NCBI GenBank assembly: GCA_005191425.1
Contig: SUPR01000062.1
Location: 1 to 21,998, forward strand
Direction: 5' to 3'
DNA length: 21,998 bases
Source: Candidatus Helarchaeota ASGARD archaeon Hel_GB_B
Lineage (GTDB): Archaea; Asgardarchaeota; Lokiarchaeia; Helarchaeales; HEL-GB-B
The position numbers and the translations under genes are program-made. Of this stretch, positions 7,998-17,341 are shown piece after piece (positions within the stretch are counted from its first letter, which is position 1; each line of letters starts with the position of its first letter). The notes beneath the pieces were generated by a model. That model was not told the origin of the DNA. It did no database searches and saw only the letters and a program-made list of their open reading frames with translations.

Positions 7998-10016
7998 GTG
8001 GGTGTAATGAAAAAAAGTCCTTTTAAAAAATTTATTTCAATAAAAGCCAAGCATTATCCGAGAGACCGTATTTCAATTGTATATGGAGATAAAAGAATAA
8101 CTTGGAAAGAGCTCAATTCGAATATTAATAGATTAGCAAATGGTCTAAAAAGTTTTGGGATTAAAAAAGGTGATATAATAGCTTTAATTCTTTACAACTC
8201 TCCAGAATTTATTGAATCAAGCTTTGCGTGCCAATCATTGGGAGCTATACCTGCTCCAATTAATTATAGACTTACTGGAAACGAATTGTTATATATAATA
8301 GATAATTGTGATGCTAAAATACTTATTTTTGATGAAGATTTATTACAGACTATATTAAAAATTAAAGATAAATTATCGAAGATAAAGAAATATATTATAA
8401 TTGGTACTGAAGATAATATTCCCGAGAATATGGTCAATTATTATAGACTAATAAATAGGAATAAAGACAAAGAATTAAAAATAAAAATGTCATATGATGA
8501 TGTCGGTTTAATATTATATACTGGAGGTACTACGGGGATGCCAAAAGGTGTAGTTTTAACATATAACAACTTAATTACAAATATAGAAATGGTCGGAGTT
8601 TTTATGGCTACAGCATTACCGCCTGTTTCAAAACTTGGAAATAGAGATTATGAAAAGAGGTCAGTGGACAAAAAGATTCAAAATGCAATGAAAATATTGA
8701 GTGGTCTCGGAGTTTTCCAGGCAATTAGCGAAGATGAAAGGTTATTAAAGAAAATATCTGTAATCGAACTACTATCTGATAAAAAATTAAAAATTCCGCC
8801 ATTAGCGGTAACTGGAAATCCTGAAGGAGATATTGATTTATATTATGGTATACCGGACCATTGGGATATTTATACAAAAGTTTTTCTTGGTAATGAAATT
8901 AGAGACCTTGCTGAAAAGTCGCCACTATCATATTCCAAGCGTGGAAAATTGAAGAATATTTTTCCATTAATATGGCGTTATTTAATTGGTGGATCAAAAG
9001 GAATTAATATTAAGGGACCATTAAGACTTAGATTTAAATTAATTTCAGCCTCCTCCAAAACTCCATCACCAGATTCTATTATTAATTTACTACTTTTACC
9101 ACCATTATTTCATTCTGCGGGTTATATTTTCTTAGTACAATGGCTGATGTTCGGTTGTAAATTAGTAATTCCTTCCAGTAAAAGATTTAATCCAAAAGAA
9201 GTTATTGATTATTTACAAAATGAAAAAATTCATATAACTTTAATGGTACCGACTATGTGGAAACGAATAATTGAATATCCTGATATTGAAAATTATAATT
9301 TTCAAGATTTGAGGATCGCGATGTCAGGTGGAGCTTTATTAAAAGGAAAATATAAAAAACAAATGATCAAATTGTTTCCAAATGCACTTATCTTTGATGC
9401 ATTGGGACAAACTGAAATGTCTCCAATTGTGAGCGTCAAACTTGATGGCGATATCAACAGTGTTAAAGATAGAAGCGTTGGAAAAATGATAACTGGACTT
9501 GAATACAAAATAGTCGATGAAAATGGTAATGAAGTACCTGATGGAACAATAGGTGAATTATGTTATAAAAGTCCCACGATTATGAGAGAATATTATAAAG
9601 ACCCTAATAAAACTAAAGAGTCCATGACTCCAGATGGATTTTTCTATTCCGGAGATTTAGCATATCGTGATAAAGATGGCGAAGTATACATTGTAGATAG
9701 AAAGAAATCTTGTATTAATACTGGTGGTGAAAAAGTATATCCTATGGAAGTAGAAGAATGCTTAATGGAACATCCTAAAATAGAAAATGTATGTGTTATT
9801 GGAGTCCCAAATGATGAATGGGGCTCTATCGTAAGAGCTGTTATAAAGTTAAAAGAGGGCGAGACTGCTACTGAGCAAGAGATTATCGAATTTTGCAAAG
9901 GTAAAATTGCTAGCTTTAAAAAGCCGCGAAGTGTAATATTTATAGATGAATTTCCTGTTTCTCCAGTTGGAAAAATATTAAGAGGAAAGGTCCAAGAAAA
10001 ATTCGGAACACCATAA
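7998..10016 (+). CDS. Long-chain acyl-CoA synthetase (AMP-binding) with a ~150-aa internal insertion
   Basis: YTGGTTGMPKG, PPLFH, LGQTE, FFYSGDLA, DRKKSCINTGGEKVYP and GKILR motifs. Start is GTG 7998 or ATG 8007. Confidence 0.9.
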   Translation: MGVMKKSPFKKFISIKAKHYPRDRISIVYGDKRITWKELNSNINRLANGLKSFGIKKGDIIALILYNSPEFIESSFACQSLGAIPAPINYRLTGNELLYIIDNCDAKILIFDEDLLQTILKIKDKLSKIKKYIIIGTEDNIPENMVNYYRLINRNKDKELKIKMSYDDVGLILYTGGTTGMPKGVVLTYNNLITNIEMVGVFMATALPPVSKLGNRDYEKRSVDKKIQNAMKILSGLGVFQAISEDERLLKKISVIELLSDKKLKIPPLAVTGNPEGDIDLYYGIPDHWDIYTKVFLGNEIRDLAEKSPLSYSKRGKLKNIFPLIWRYLIGGSKGINIKGPLRLRFKLISASSKTPSPDSIINLLLLPPLFHSAGYIFLVQWLMFGCKLVIPSSKRFNPKEVIDYLQNEKIHITLMVPTMWKRIIEYPDIENYNFQDLRIAMSGGALLKGKYKKQMIKLFPNALIFDALGQTEMSPIVSVKLDGDINSVKDRSVGKMITGLEYKIVDENGNEVPDGTIGELCYKSPTIMREYYKDPNKTKESMTPDGFFYSGDLAYRDKDGEVYIVDRKKSCINTGGEKVYPMEVEECLMEHPKIENVCVIGVPNDEWGSIVRAVIKLKEGETATEQEIIEFCKGKIASFKKPRSVIFIDEFPVSPVGKILRGKVQEKFGTP

Positions 10017-10052
10017 ATCCTAAAAATTGATAGAAATAAAAAATTTTTTAAT

Positions 10053-10535
10053 TTAAATTTGTTTTATAATAGTTTGCGTATTAATTTTATTTATTAGACT
10101 ATTATATACTGGACAATGCATCTCTGTTTTTTGAATTAATTCTTGAATTCTTTCATTAGATTCCGAACTATTAATTTTGACTTCAATAGTAATTTTCTGA
10201 AATTGAGCAGGTATTTTTCCTTCCATATCTAATAAACCCCAAATGTCAATGATCCCACTTATATGAATTTCAGCTGAATTTACTTTTATTTTTAATATTT
10301 CGCTCCAAACTTGTAATGTGGACAATAGACACCCACCTATAGAGCTAAGAAACAACTCCGCTGGTGAAGGGCCTTCATTTTTTCCACCAATAACTTTATC
10401 TTCATCTAAAATAAATTTATGGCGTCCTGCCTTAACATCAATCCTAAATTTCTCGGTTTTCTTTAATTTGACTTTTAATTTATGCTCTGCAAGTCTTGGA
10501 TCTTTTTCAAATATTTCTAACATTTTTTCAAACAT
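10053..10535 (-). CDS. OsmC-family protein
   Basis: GGKNEGPSPAELFLSSIGGC and HCPVYNSL, with both conserved Cys present. Confidence 0.85.
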   Translation of the reverse strand: MFEKMLEIFEKDPRLAEHKLKVKLKKTEKFRIDVKAGRHKFILDEDKVIGGKNEGPSPAELFLSSIGGCLLSTLQVWSEILKIKVNSAEIHISGIIDIWGLLDMEGKIPAQFQKITIEVKINSSESNERIQELIQKTEMHCPVYNSLINKINTQTIIKQI

Positions 10536-10983
10536 TTTTTATTCACAAAAGCTTTTAATTTGAGAAAATAAAATCTTAATCAATATTTTATATTTTTTAT
10601 AAGATTGATGTGGTAAAATTAAAAATTTTTTGATGTTAAAATTCAAATTTAAACAATTTCTTTATTAAAATGCATTTTTTCTTTTTATTTTGCAAAATTT
10701 TCTCTTAAAATTTATAAAGGATTTATTTTAAAAAGAATTAAAACTATAGATGTTTTAAGCAAATCTAGAATTTATTCCAAAATATTAGATTGTAATAACT
10801 AATTTTTAATGTATAAATATTTAATCCTTAATTTAAATAAGAAATATTTTATTTTAAATAATGAAATTTGCCTTTTAAATTAAAATTAACTTGAATATGG
10901 CTTAATATCTCTTTAATTTATTTTTAAAAATATAAAATTAAAATTTTAAAATAGATTTTAAATAAATTTATTTTAATAATCTT

Positions 10984-12111
10984 ATGGACTTTGTAAAATT
11001 TGGAGTAATAGGACTTGGTGGAGCTTGGCAATTTCATAAACCATTTTTTATTAATAACTCTAAAGCTAAACTCATTTCAGTTTATGATATCGATATAAAG
11101 AAGTCAAAAAGAACTGCAAAATTTTTTAATGCAGATTATTATGGGTCGCTTCAGGACTTTTTTAATAGTGATATAGATGCTGTATTAATATTGGTACCTC
11201 ATTATTTACACAAGAAATTTGTTATATCAGCAGCTCAAGAAGGTAAACATATACTTTGTGAAAAACCAATGGCTATTTTGCTTGAAGATTGTGATGAAAT
11301 GATTAGGGCTACTAACAATGCAGGGGTTAAATTTATGGTAGCTGAGAACCACCGATTTTTACCAGCTCATAATTATATATTTGATATAATTAAAAAAGGA
11401 TTAATAGGTGATATTTTTTTAATTAGAGCCTACGAAGGAGTTTATGAGGTTCCTGCTCTAATGAAATCAGAATCTTGGAAAGGTCATCCAATTATGGCTG
11501 GAGGAGGTGCATTAATGGACATGGGAGTTCATAAATTTGCTGTACTTAATTGGATTTTAAATGATAGTATTAATAAAGCATTTGCATGGATCACAAAACA
11601 ATGTACTAATTTAAAAGAAAAAGCAGAGGATAATGCAATGATATTTCTTAAATATAATAAAGGGACTATTGCAGAAATAACCATTAGCTTTACAGTTGTT
11701 TCAGAAATTACTAATTCATTAGAAATATATGGAACAAAAGGAACAATTCTTGAAAATCATATGTGGAAAAATCCAATTAAAATACAATCATTTCATAAAG
11801 AAATGGGTAAAAATAAAGGTAAATGGTTTGAACCCTATGTAGAACATGGGCCATTTCCAAAATATTATTTAATATCGGCTAAAAATGAAGATGAACATTT
11901 CACCAATTGTATTCTTAAGAATGAAAAGCCAGACTTTGACCCCAAAGAATCAAGAGAAGCTATTGCAGATGCTTTATTATGTTATTTATCCGTAAAAAAT
12001 GGAAAATCAACAACGATGAATGAATTTTTAGAAGTTTATAATAAAGAGGGCACAATATCAATTTTAGATGGATTAGAAAAGTTTGTCCAAAATAACTACA
12101 ATCTAATCTAA
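10984..12111 (+). CDS. Gfo/Idh/MocA-family oxidoreductase
   Basis: GVIGLGG, HILCEKPMA and GGGALMDMGVH motifs. Confidence 0.9.
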   Translation: MDFVKFGVIGLGGAWQFHKPFFINNSKAKLISVYDIDIKKSKRTAKFFNADYYGSLQDFFNSDIDAVLILVPHYLHKKFVISAAQEGKHILCEKPMAILLEDCDEMIRATNNAGVKFMVAENHRFLPAHNYIFDIIKKGLIGDIFLIRAYEGVYEVPALMKSESWKGHPIMAGGGALMDMGVHKFAVLNWILNDSINKAFAWITKQCTNLKEKAEDNAMIFLKYNKGTIAEITISFTVVSEITNSLEIYGTKGTILENHMWKNPIKIQSFHKEMGKNKGKWFEPYVEHGPFPKYYLISAKNEDEHFTNCILKNEKPDFDPKESREAIADALLCYLSVKNGKSTTMNEFLEVYNKEGTISILDGLEKFVQNNYNLI

Positions 12112-12158
12112 TTTTATTTCAAATTTAAAGAAATAATAATGAAAAAAAAAATAAAAAA

Positions 12159-12899
12159 TTAATTTAATTTAATTTTTAAACTACAAATTTTTGCTTTATC
12201 GCAATTATCTGCTATTAATATTTCAATAGAGATGTTTTGGTCAATAAATTTAATTGTTTTCCTCTTTAAATTTTTACAATCAGGTGTTTCTAATTTACAA
12301 TGATAAAATTTACTTGATAAAATTGGTTCTATAGAGCCATAATTAGCTTCGAGAGTTTGAATTGCATCATTTATATTATATAGTACCATTTCATCCGTTT
12401 CTTTTTCGGAAATATTTTTTAAGACTTCAAATGAACCCAATATATTTAATTTTTTTAAAGTCCAAGCGGCATTACTCCTAACTTCAGGGTCTTTATCAAA
12501 TTTTAATAGTTCGATAATTTTTGAATAACTATCAATGTCACCGATCTTGCCAGCTGTCCATGTTGCCATAGCTCTAATTTCTGCATCCTTATCGTTTAGA
12601 AATTTTCTGATATGACCGGCAATTTCTTTTGCTTCCATTCGTCCCAGAGCTTCAATTGTAAAAAGAATTATATCTTTATTTCTATTATCGAGTAATTTAA
12701 TTAATTGATCTGGAGATGCTATCCTCGAAAGCGTCCAAATCGCGGAATCAATTATTTCGGTATTCTTAGAACTATCTATCAATGAAAAAATAGGTGTAAT
12801 AGCTTCTTTATAATTTAAATCTCCGATTTTTTCAAGAGCTTCTTTAATTTTCTTTATATTATTAGAATTTAAATTTTGGATTAATTTATTAGCAGTCAT
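12159..12899 (-). CDS. HEAT-repeat protein with a 4-Cys C-terminal tail
   Basis: Repeats such as IRAMATWTAGKIG and VRSNAAWTLKKL. ATG at 12899 avoids overlap with the upstream gene. Confidence 0.8.
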   Translation of the reverse strand: MTANKLIQNLNSNNIKKIKEALEKIGDLNYKEAITPIFSLIDSSKNTEIIDSAIWTLSRIASPDQLIKLLDNRNKDIILFTIEALGRMEAKEIAGHIRKFLNDKDAEIRAMATWTAGKIGDIDSYSKIIELLKFDKDPEVRSNAAWTLKKLNILGSFEVLKNISEKETDEMVLYNINDAIQTLEANYGSIEPILSSKFYHCKLETPDCKNLKRKTIKFIDQNISIEILIADNCDKAKICSLKIKLN

Positions 12900-12924
12900 T
12901 TTTTTAATTAAAATTGAAGAATAA

Positions 12925-14073
12925 TTATTGCGCTTCAATTTCCTGCGAAATAACTTTATTGGGTAAGTTTTTTATTATATCTTCAGCCTCGTTTACTATT
13001 GAATCAAATAATTCTTTTACAGTTGGAATTGAATGAATTCTACCAGATACAATTCCTCCAAGAATAACTGAATTATCTTCATCACCGTCAAATAATTTAG
13101 CAAGTCCTTCCATTTCTAATCGCATAATTTCGGATGTTGAGCCAACAGGAATTCCTCTATATAAATCAGATGCACCTCTAATTGTTTCATTAACAATTCT
13201 TATAGATTGTTCATTACGCAAAAACCTCATTGGTCCAAATAATCCTCGAGCGACAAGTGTATCTTCTTCAGTTCTTTTAACTATAGCTTGCTTCCACATT
13301 GGTTCAAAATCGCTTTCTTGAGTTGCAATACAACGAGTACCCATTTGGATACCCACTGCGCCCATTGATAATGCAGCAGCAAGACTTGCGCCATCACAGA
13401 ATCCACCGGCAGCAACAACTGGTTTGTTAACGTTTCTAACAACTTCAGGTATTAAAACTATTGACGACACGTCTCGCCATGCACAATGAGCGCCTCCTTC
13501 TCGCCCAGAAGCAATAATAAAATCAACATCAGCTTTTTCAGCTCTTTGAGCTGTTTTTACAGATGGTACAACATGACACCAAATAATATCTGGGATTTTT
13601 TTCTTAATAGGAATTCTAGGACGTTTTGCTCCTTTAGATAAAGCATCAACAGCAAAAGGAAGAGGATCCCCAGCAGATGTTATAATTACTTTCAATTTTT
13701 TTTGGACTTCTTCACTTTCATTATATGCCTCAATTGTACCTCTCATCAATCTTGTAGCTACAGACATAAATTCCATACTAACAGGAATATTCACACCGAA
13801 TTTTGCATCTGGGGCATCTTTTAACTCCTCTTCTACCATCCTAAAAATTGCATCTTTAATTAAATCTTTTGGCTTCCCTTTACCAAAAATTTTTTCAGCA
13901 GCTTCTGGAGTTGCAGATGATAACCCAACTCCCATCCCAATAGTGGATATATTTCCTAATCCACCAGCTTTTGCTGCCGCAGCACATAAATGAAATGTAG
14001 AATATGGCCCCATTCCTGCTTGTATAATTGGATACTTTATTCCAATCTTTTCCTGTAAAATAGTCCTTATCAA
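12925..14073 (-). CDS. Nitronate monooxygenase / FabK-like FMN-dependent oxidoreductase
   Basis: YPIIQAGMG, GREGGAH and PVVAAGGFCDG...GIQMGTR motifs. TTG start with GAGGT 8 nt upstream. Confidence 0.88.
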   Translation of the reverse strand: MIRTILQEKIGIKYPIIQAGMGPYSTFHLCAAAAKAGGLGNISTIGMGVGLSSATPEAAEKIFGKGKPKDLIKDAIFRMVEEELKDAPDAKFGVNIPVSMEFMSVATRLMRGTIEAYNESEEVQKKLKVIITSAGDPLPFAVDALSKGAKRPRIPIKKKIPDIIWCHVVPSVKTAQRAEKADVDFIIASGREGGAHCAWRDVSSIVLIPEVVRNVNKPVVAAGGFCDGASLAAALSMGAVGIQMGTRCIATQESDFEPMWKQAIVKRTEEDTLVARGLFGPMRFLRNEQSIRIVNETIRGASDLYRGIPVGSTSEIMRLEMEGLAKLFDGDEDNSVILGGIVSGRIHSIPTVKELFDSIVNEAEDIIKNLPNKVISQEIEAQ

Positions 14074-14249
14074 TCTAACAAACCTCTTATATGCTAAACA
14101 ATTTCGACAATATTTTATCTTTTTTGTATCAAATACTGTTTGGTAATATTAAATTTTCTATCTGATTTTAATATAGTCGTTAAAATATTTAATTAATTTA
14201 TTAATTCCTTAAATTATTTAAATATAAAATCACTAGTATCTATTAGATA

Positions 14250-14498
14250 ATGATGTCAGAAAAATTAGAAAAACTATACACTTTTAAGATCAGCAAAAAA
14301 ATGTTAGAAGAAATGAGGGAATATACCAATAAAGTTAAGAATTGGAGTGAATGGATTAGAAATCAGATAGCTAAGAAGATTGAAGAATTAAAATCAGAAA
14401 AACATGGCTTTACTTATAGATATTGCTCTGAATGCGGTGCAATCATAGAAGAAGGCGATGTTTATTGTATGAATTGTGGACAAAAAGTTAAAGTATAG
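14250..14498 (+). CDS. Small ribbon-helix-helix-like protein fused to a zinc ribbon
   Basis: YTFKISKKMLEEM...NWSEWIRNQI (archaeal CopG/RHH-like) followed by CSEC...CMNC. Confidence 0.7.
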   Translation: MMSEKLEKLYTFKISKKMLEEMREYTNKVKNWSEWIRNQIAKKIEELKSEKHGFTYRYCSECGAIIEEGDVYCMNCGQKVKV

Positions 14499-14506
14499 TT
14501 TTTTTT
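14499..14506 (+). terminator. Oligo-T tract, possible terminator
   Basis: T8 directly after the TAG stop. Confidence 0.3.
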
Positions 14507-14618
14507 ATCTAAAGTTTTTCGTTTTTAATAAAAGCTGATGGCATAAAATTAAAAAATTTAATAAATGTAATGATGTTAAAGTTTTAATAAATAATAAATA
14601 AAGATAGGTGTAAATAAA

Positions 14619-14888
14619 ATTCCAAGAGGTCAAGATTATTTCCATGATTATGATGAAGACAAAAGAAAATTAGGAAAATTAATTAAAAGATTACAAATGG
14701 TTAAACGTGACCTAAGACAATCTGATTGGGAACGAGCTCAAGATGTACAAGCTGCCATTGATGAGATTTATCATATTTTTCGTACTCTTGATGATAAGTT
14801 TTTCTTTCAGACAATCACAGATGTTAGAAGAGAGGTTAGAAATATTTTAAGAAATTATGGATTAACAAAATATGTCCAATATAGATAA
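14619..14888 (+). CDS. Hypothetical ~89-aa helical protein, probable ATT start (63 aa if started at ATG 14697)
   Basis: Frame is open from 14598. AGGTG at 14606-14610 lies 8 nt before ATT-CCA-AGA-GGT. Confidence 0.6.
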   Translation: MPRGQDYFHDYDEDKRKLGKLIKRLQMVKRDLRQSDWERAQDVQAAIDEIYHIFRTLDDKFFFQTITDVRREVRNILRNYGLTKYVQYR

Positions 14889-14894
14889 TTAATC

Positions 14895-16037
14895 TTATTT
14901 TTTATTATAGACCTTAATAATTTTGTATAATGTATCTCTTTGGGCCGGAGTTCTGCCAAGATCTTTAATTAAATGAATAAAGTCGGTTTCAGGCATATAT
15001 TCACCGAAAGAAACTCCTGCGCTTTTTGAGATATTTTCGTCAAATAATGTCCCACCAAAATCATTACAACCTACATTTAATGCATATTGTGCAAACTTAG
15101 GGCCAAGTTTAACCCATGATACTTGAATATTATCTATAATGTTCTGGAAATATAATCTAGATACAGCATATATTTTTAGATCTTCAATACCAGTAGCTCC
15201 CTTGATTGTAAAATTTGACATATGAAGAGGTGTATTCAAATAAATGAATGAAAGCGGCACAAATTCTGTAAAACCGCCCGTATCTTTTTGAATATTTTTT
15301 ATTATTTCAAGGTGTTCCATTCGATGTTTAATAGTATCAATATGTCCATACATCATAGTAGATGTCGTAGGAATTTTAAGTTTATGCGCTGTTTTAATAA
15401 TATCTATCCAAGTTTTGACGTCTATTTTATTGGGGCAAATTATTTTACGAATATCATCATCTAAAATTTCTGCAGCAGTTCCAGGAATAGAATCAAGCCC
15501 AGCATCTTTTAATCTTATTAAAGTTTCTTTAATTGAAAGTCTATTGAGTTTGGCACAATTGTAAATTTCCATTGGAGAAAATCCGTGAATATGTATATCT
15601 GGAACTTGCATTTTTATTGATTTTAAAATAGTTTCATAAATATCTGGACTAAATGAAGGGTTAATTCCACCTTGAATACAAACTTCAGTGCACCCATTCT
15701 TTTTGGCTTCGATAGCACGTTTTACTATTTCATTTATTGATAATTCAAACGGTGTTTCACGACTAAATGCGCAAAATTTACATTTTATTTTACATATATT
15801 AGTAAAATTAATATTCCGATTAATTACAAAAGTTACTTTATCTCCATTTATTTTTTCTCTAATATAATTAGCAATTGAGAATAATATTTCTAATTCTGGG
15901 CCTTTAACTTTTAATAATTCAAGCCCATCATTTTTTGACAATTCTTTATTATCTAAGCATTTATCAAAAATACTCCCAATAATTGGATCAATATTTTTAA
16001 ACTTATTTTCTAAAAACCCGATTAAATTAGAACTCAT
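14895..16037 (-). CDS. cofH: FO synthase subunit CofH (radical SAM)
   Basis: NRNINFTNICKIKCKFCAF (CxxxCxxC), PGTAAEIL, TMMYGH, NIQVSWVK and DFGGTL; directly downstream of cofG. Confidence 0.9.
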   Translation of the reverse strand: MSSNLIGFLENKFKNIDPIIGSIFDKCLDNKELSKNDGLELLKVKGPELEILFSIANYIREKINGDKVTFVINRNINFTNICKIKCKFCAFSRETPFELSINEIVKRAIEAKKNGCTEVCIQGGINPSFSPDIYETILKSIKMQVPDIHIHGFSPMEIYNCAKLNRLSIKETLIRLKDAGLDSIPGTAAEILDDDIRKIICPNKIDVKTWIDIIKTAHKLKIPTTSTMMYGHIDTIKHRMEHLEIIKNIQKDTGGFTEFVPLSFIYLNTPLHMSNFTIKGATGIEDLKIYAVSRLYFQNIIDNIQVSWVKLGPKFAQYALNVGCNDFGGTLFDENISKSAGVSFGEYMPETDFIHLIKDLGRTPAQRDTLYKIIKVYNKK

Positions 16038-17218
16038 TTTACATAACCATTTTCGTCGATTAAATTAAATATTTTATCTTTTAAATTATCTGAAAAATAC
16101 TTTTTAAAGATAAATTCAGGATAAATAGGAAGCCTTTGCTTTAATTTATAGCCTAATTCTTCTGTCCTTGTTTTTAAATTTGAAATTTTTGGCCATGGAA
16201 AGCCAGGATTAATATAATCTGGAGTTAACGGCGAAATACCTCCCCAGTCATCAATACCCGTTAATAAAAATATTTCATAAGTAGGAAATAAATTTGGAGG
16301 AATTTGTATTGATATATCTGTTATTAAGCGAGTAATAATTATAGTCTTAATTATTTTAGTGATAGAAGGTGTTTTATAAACTTTATTTTTATTATTATAT
16401 TTATTTATGCTGTCAGAATATCCTTGTATAATAATTTCTTGGATATTACCATATTTTTCATTTATTTTCTCAATTTCTAATATTGAATCTATTATCTCTT
16501 CATTTTTTTCACCAATACCAAGTAAAATTCCTGTAGTAAATGGTACTTTCAATTTTCCAGCGTTTCTAATTGTCTCTATTCTTAATTTCGGATCTTTTCC
16601 AGGGCTAAATTCATGTGCCTCTCCATGCTCCATTAGACGAGGAGATATATTTTCCAGCATTAACCCTAAACTTGCATTTACTTCTTTTAGTTCTTTTAAC
16701 TCATCATAACTAACAATTCCTGCATTACAATGAGGTAAAAGATTCGAATTTTCCAAAATTAATTTACAAATGTCAAGTAGATACTCAATCGTAGTTTCAT
16801 ACCCGCCTAACTCATTTAAAAACTTCTTGACCTGCGAATATTTCTCCTCAGGCTTCTCCCCCATTGTTAATAAAGCTTCTGTACAATGCCTTGTTTCAGA
16901 CTTTTTTAAAATCGATTTAATTTGCTCTGGAAGGAGAAAAGCAGATACTCCTTCATTATATTCCTTTCTAAAATTGCAGTATCTACAATTATTTCGACAA
17001 TATGGTGTTAATGGTAAAAAAACATTTAATGAATAAGAAATGATATTATTATTAAGTTTTCTTGAAATGGAATTAGAATATAACATAGCACCCATTAATT
17101 CAGGAAAATTCAGACTAAAAATTTGGTATAATTTTTCTTTATTTTTTATTTTAGTTGTTAATCGTTTTCTAAATATTTCTAGTAAGTCAGTTGATATTTT
17201 TGGAAAGTCTTTACACAT
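16034..17218 (-). CDS. cofG: FO synthase subunit CofG (radical SAM)
   Basis: FLPLTPYCRNNCRYC, GLMLE, PFTTGILLGIGE and DDWGGISP; 4-nt ATGA overlap with cofH. Confidence 0.92.
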   Translation of the reverse strand: MCKDFPKISTDLLEIFRKRLTTKIKNKEKLYQIFSLNFPELMGAMLYSNSISRKLNNNIISYSLNVFLPLTPYCRNNCRYCNFRKEYNEGVSAFLLPEQIKSILKKSETRHCTEALLTMGEKPEEKYSQVKKFLNELGGYETTIEYLLDICKLILENSNLLPHCNAGIVSYDELKELKEVNASLGLMLENISPRLMEHGEAHEFSPGKDPKLRIETIRNAGKLKVPFTTGILLGIGEKNEEIIDSILEIEKINEKYGNIQEIIIQGYSDSINKYNNKNKVYKTPSITKIIKTIIITRLITDISIQIPPNLFPTYEIFLLTGIDDWGGISPLTPDYINPGFPWPKISNLKTRTEELGYKLKQRLPIYPEFIFKKYFSDNLKDKIFNLIDENGYVK

Positions 17219-17341
17219 TATTTAATTAAGATTTATAAAAAAATAAAAATTTTATTAATAAAATTTTAAATTATTATAAAATATTAAATGATTTATTATC
17301 ATTTTGTTATAAAATTAAAGATAATAATAGTATGACCTTAA

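Noticed and set aside
9302-10563. ORFs at 9302, 9644 and 10318
   Set aside because: Shadows of the acyl-CoA synthetase and OsmC genes.
16407-17225. Three plus-strand ORFs (16407, 16770, 17040)
   Set aside because: Antisense to the well-supported cofG.
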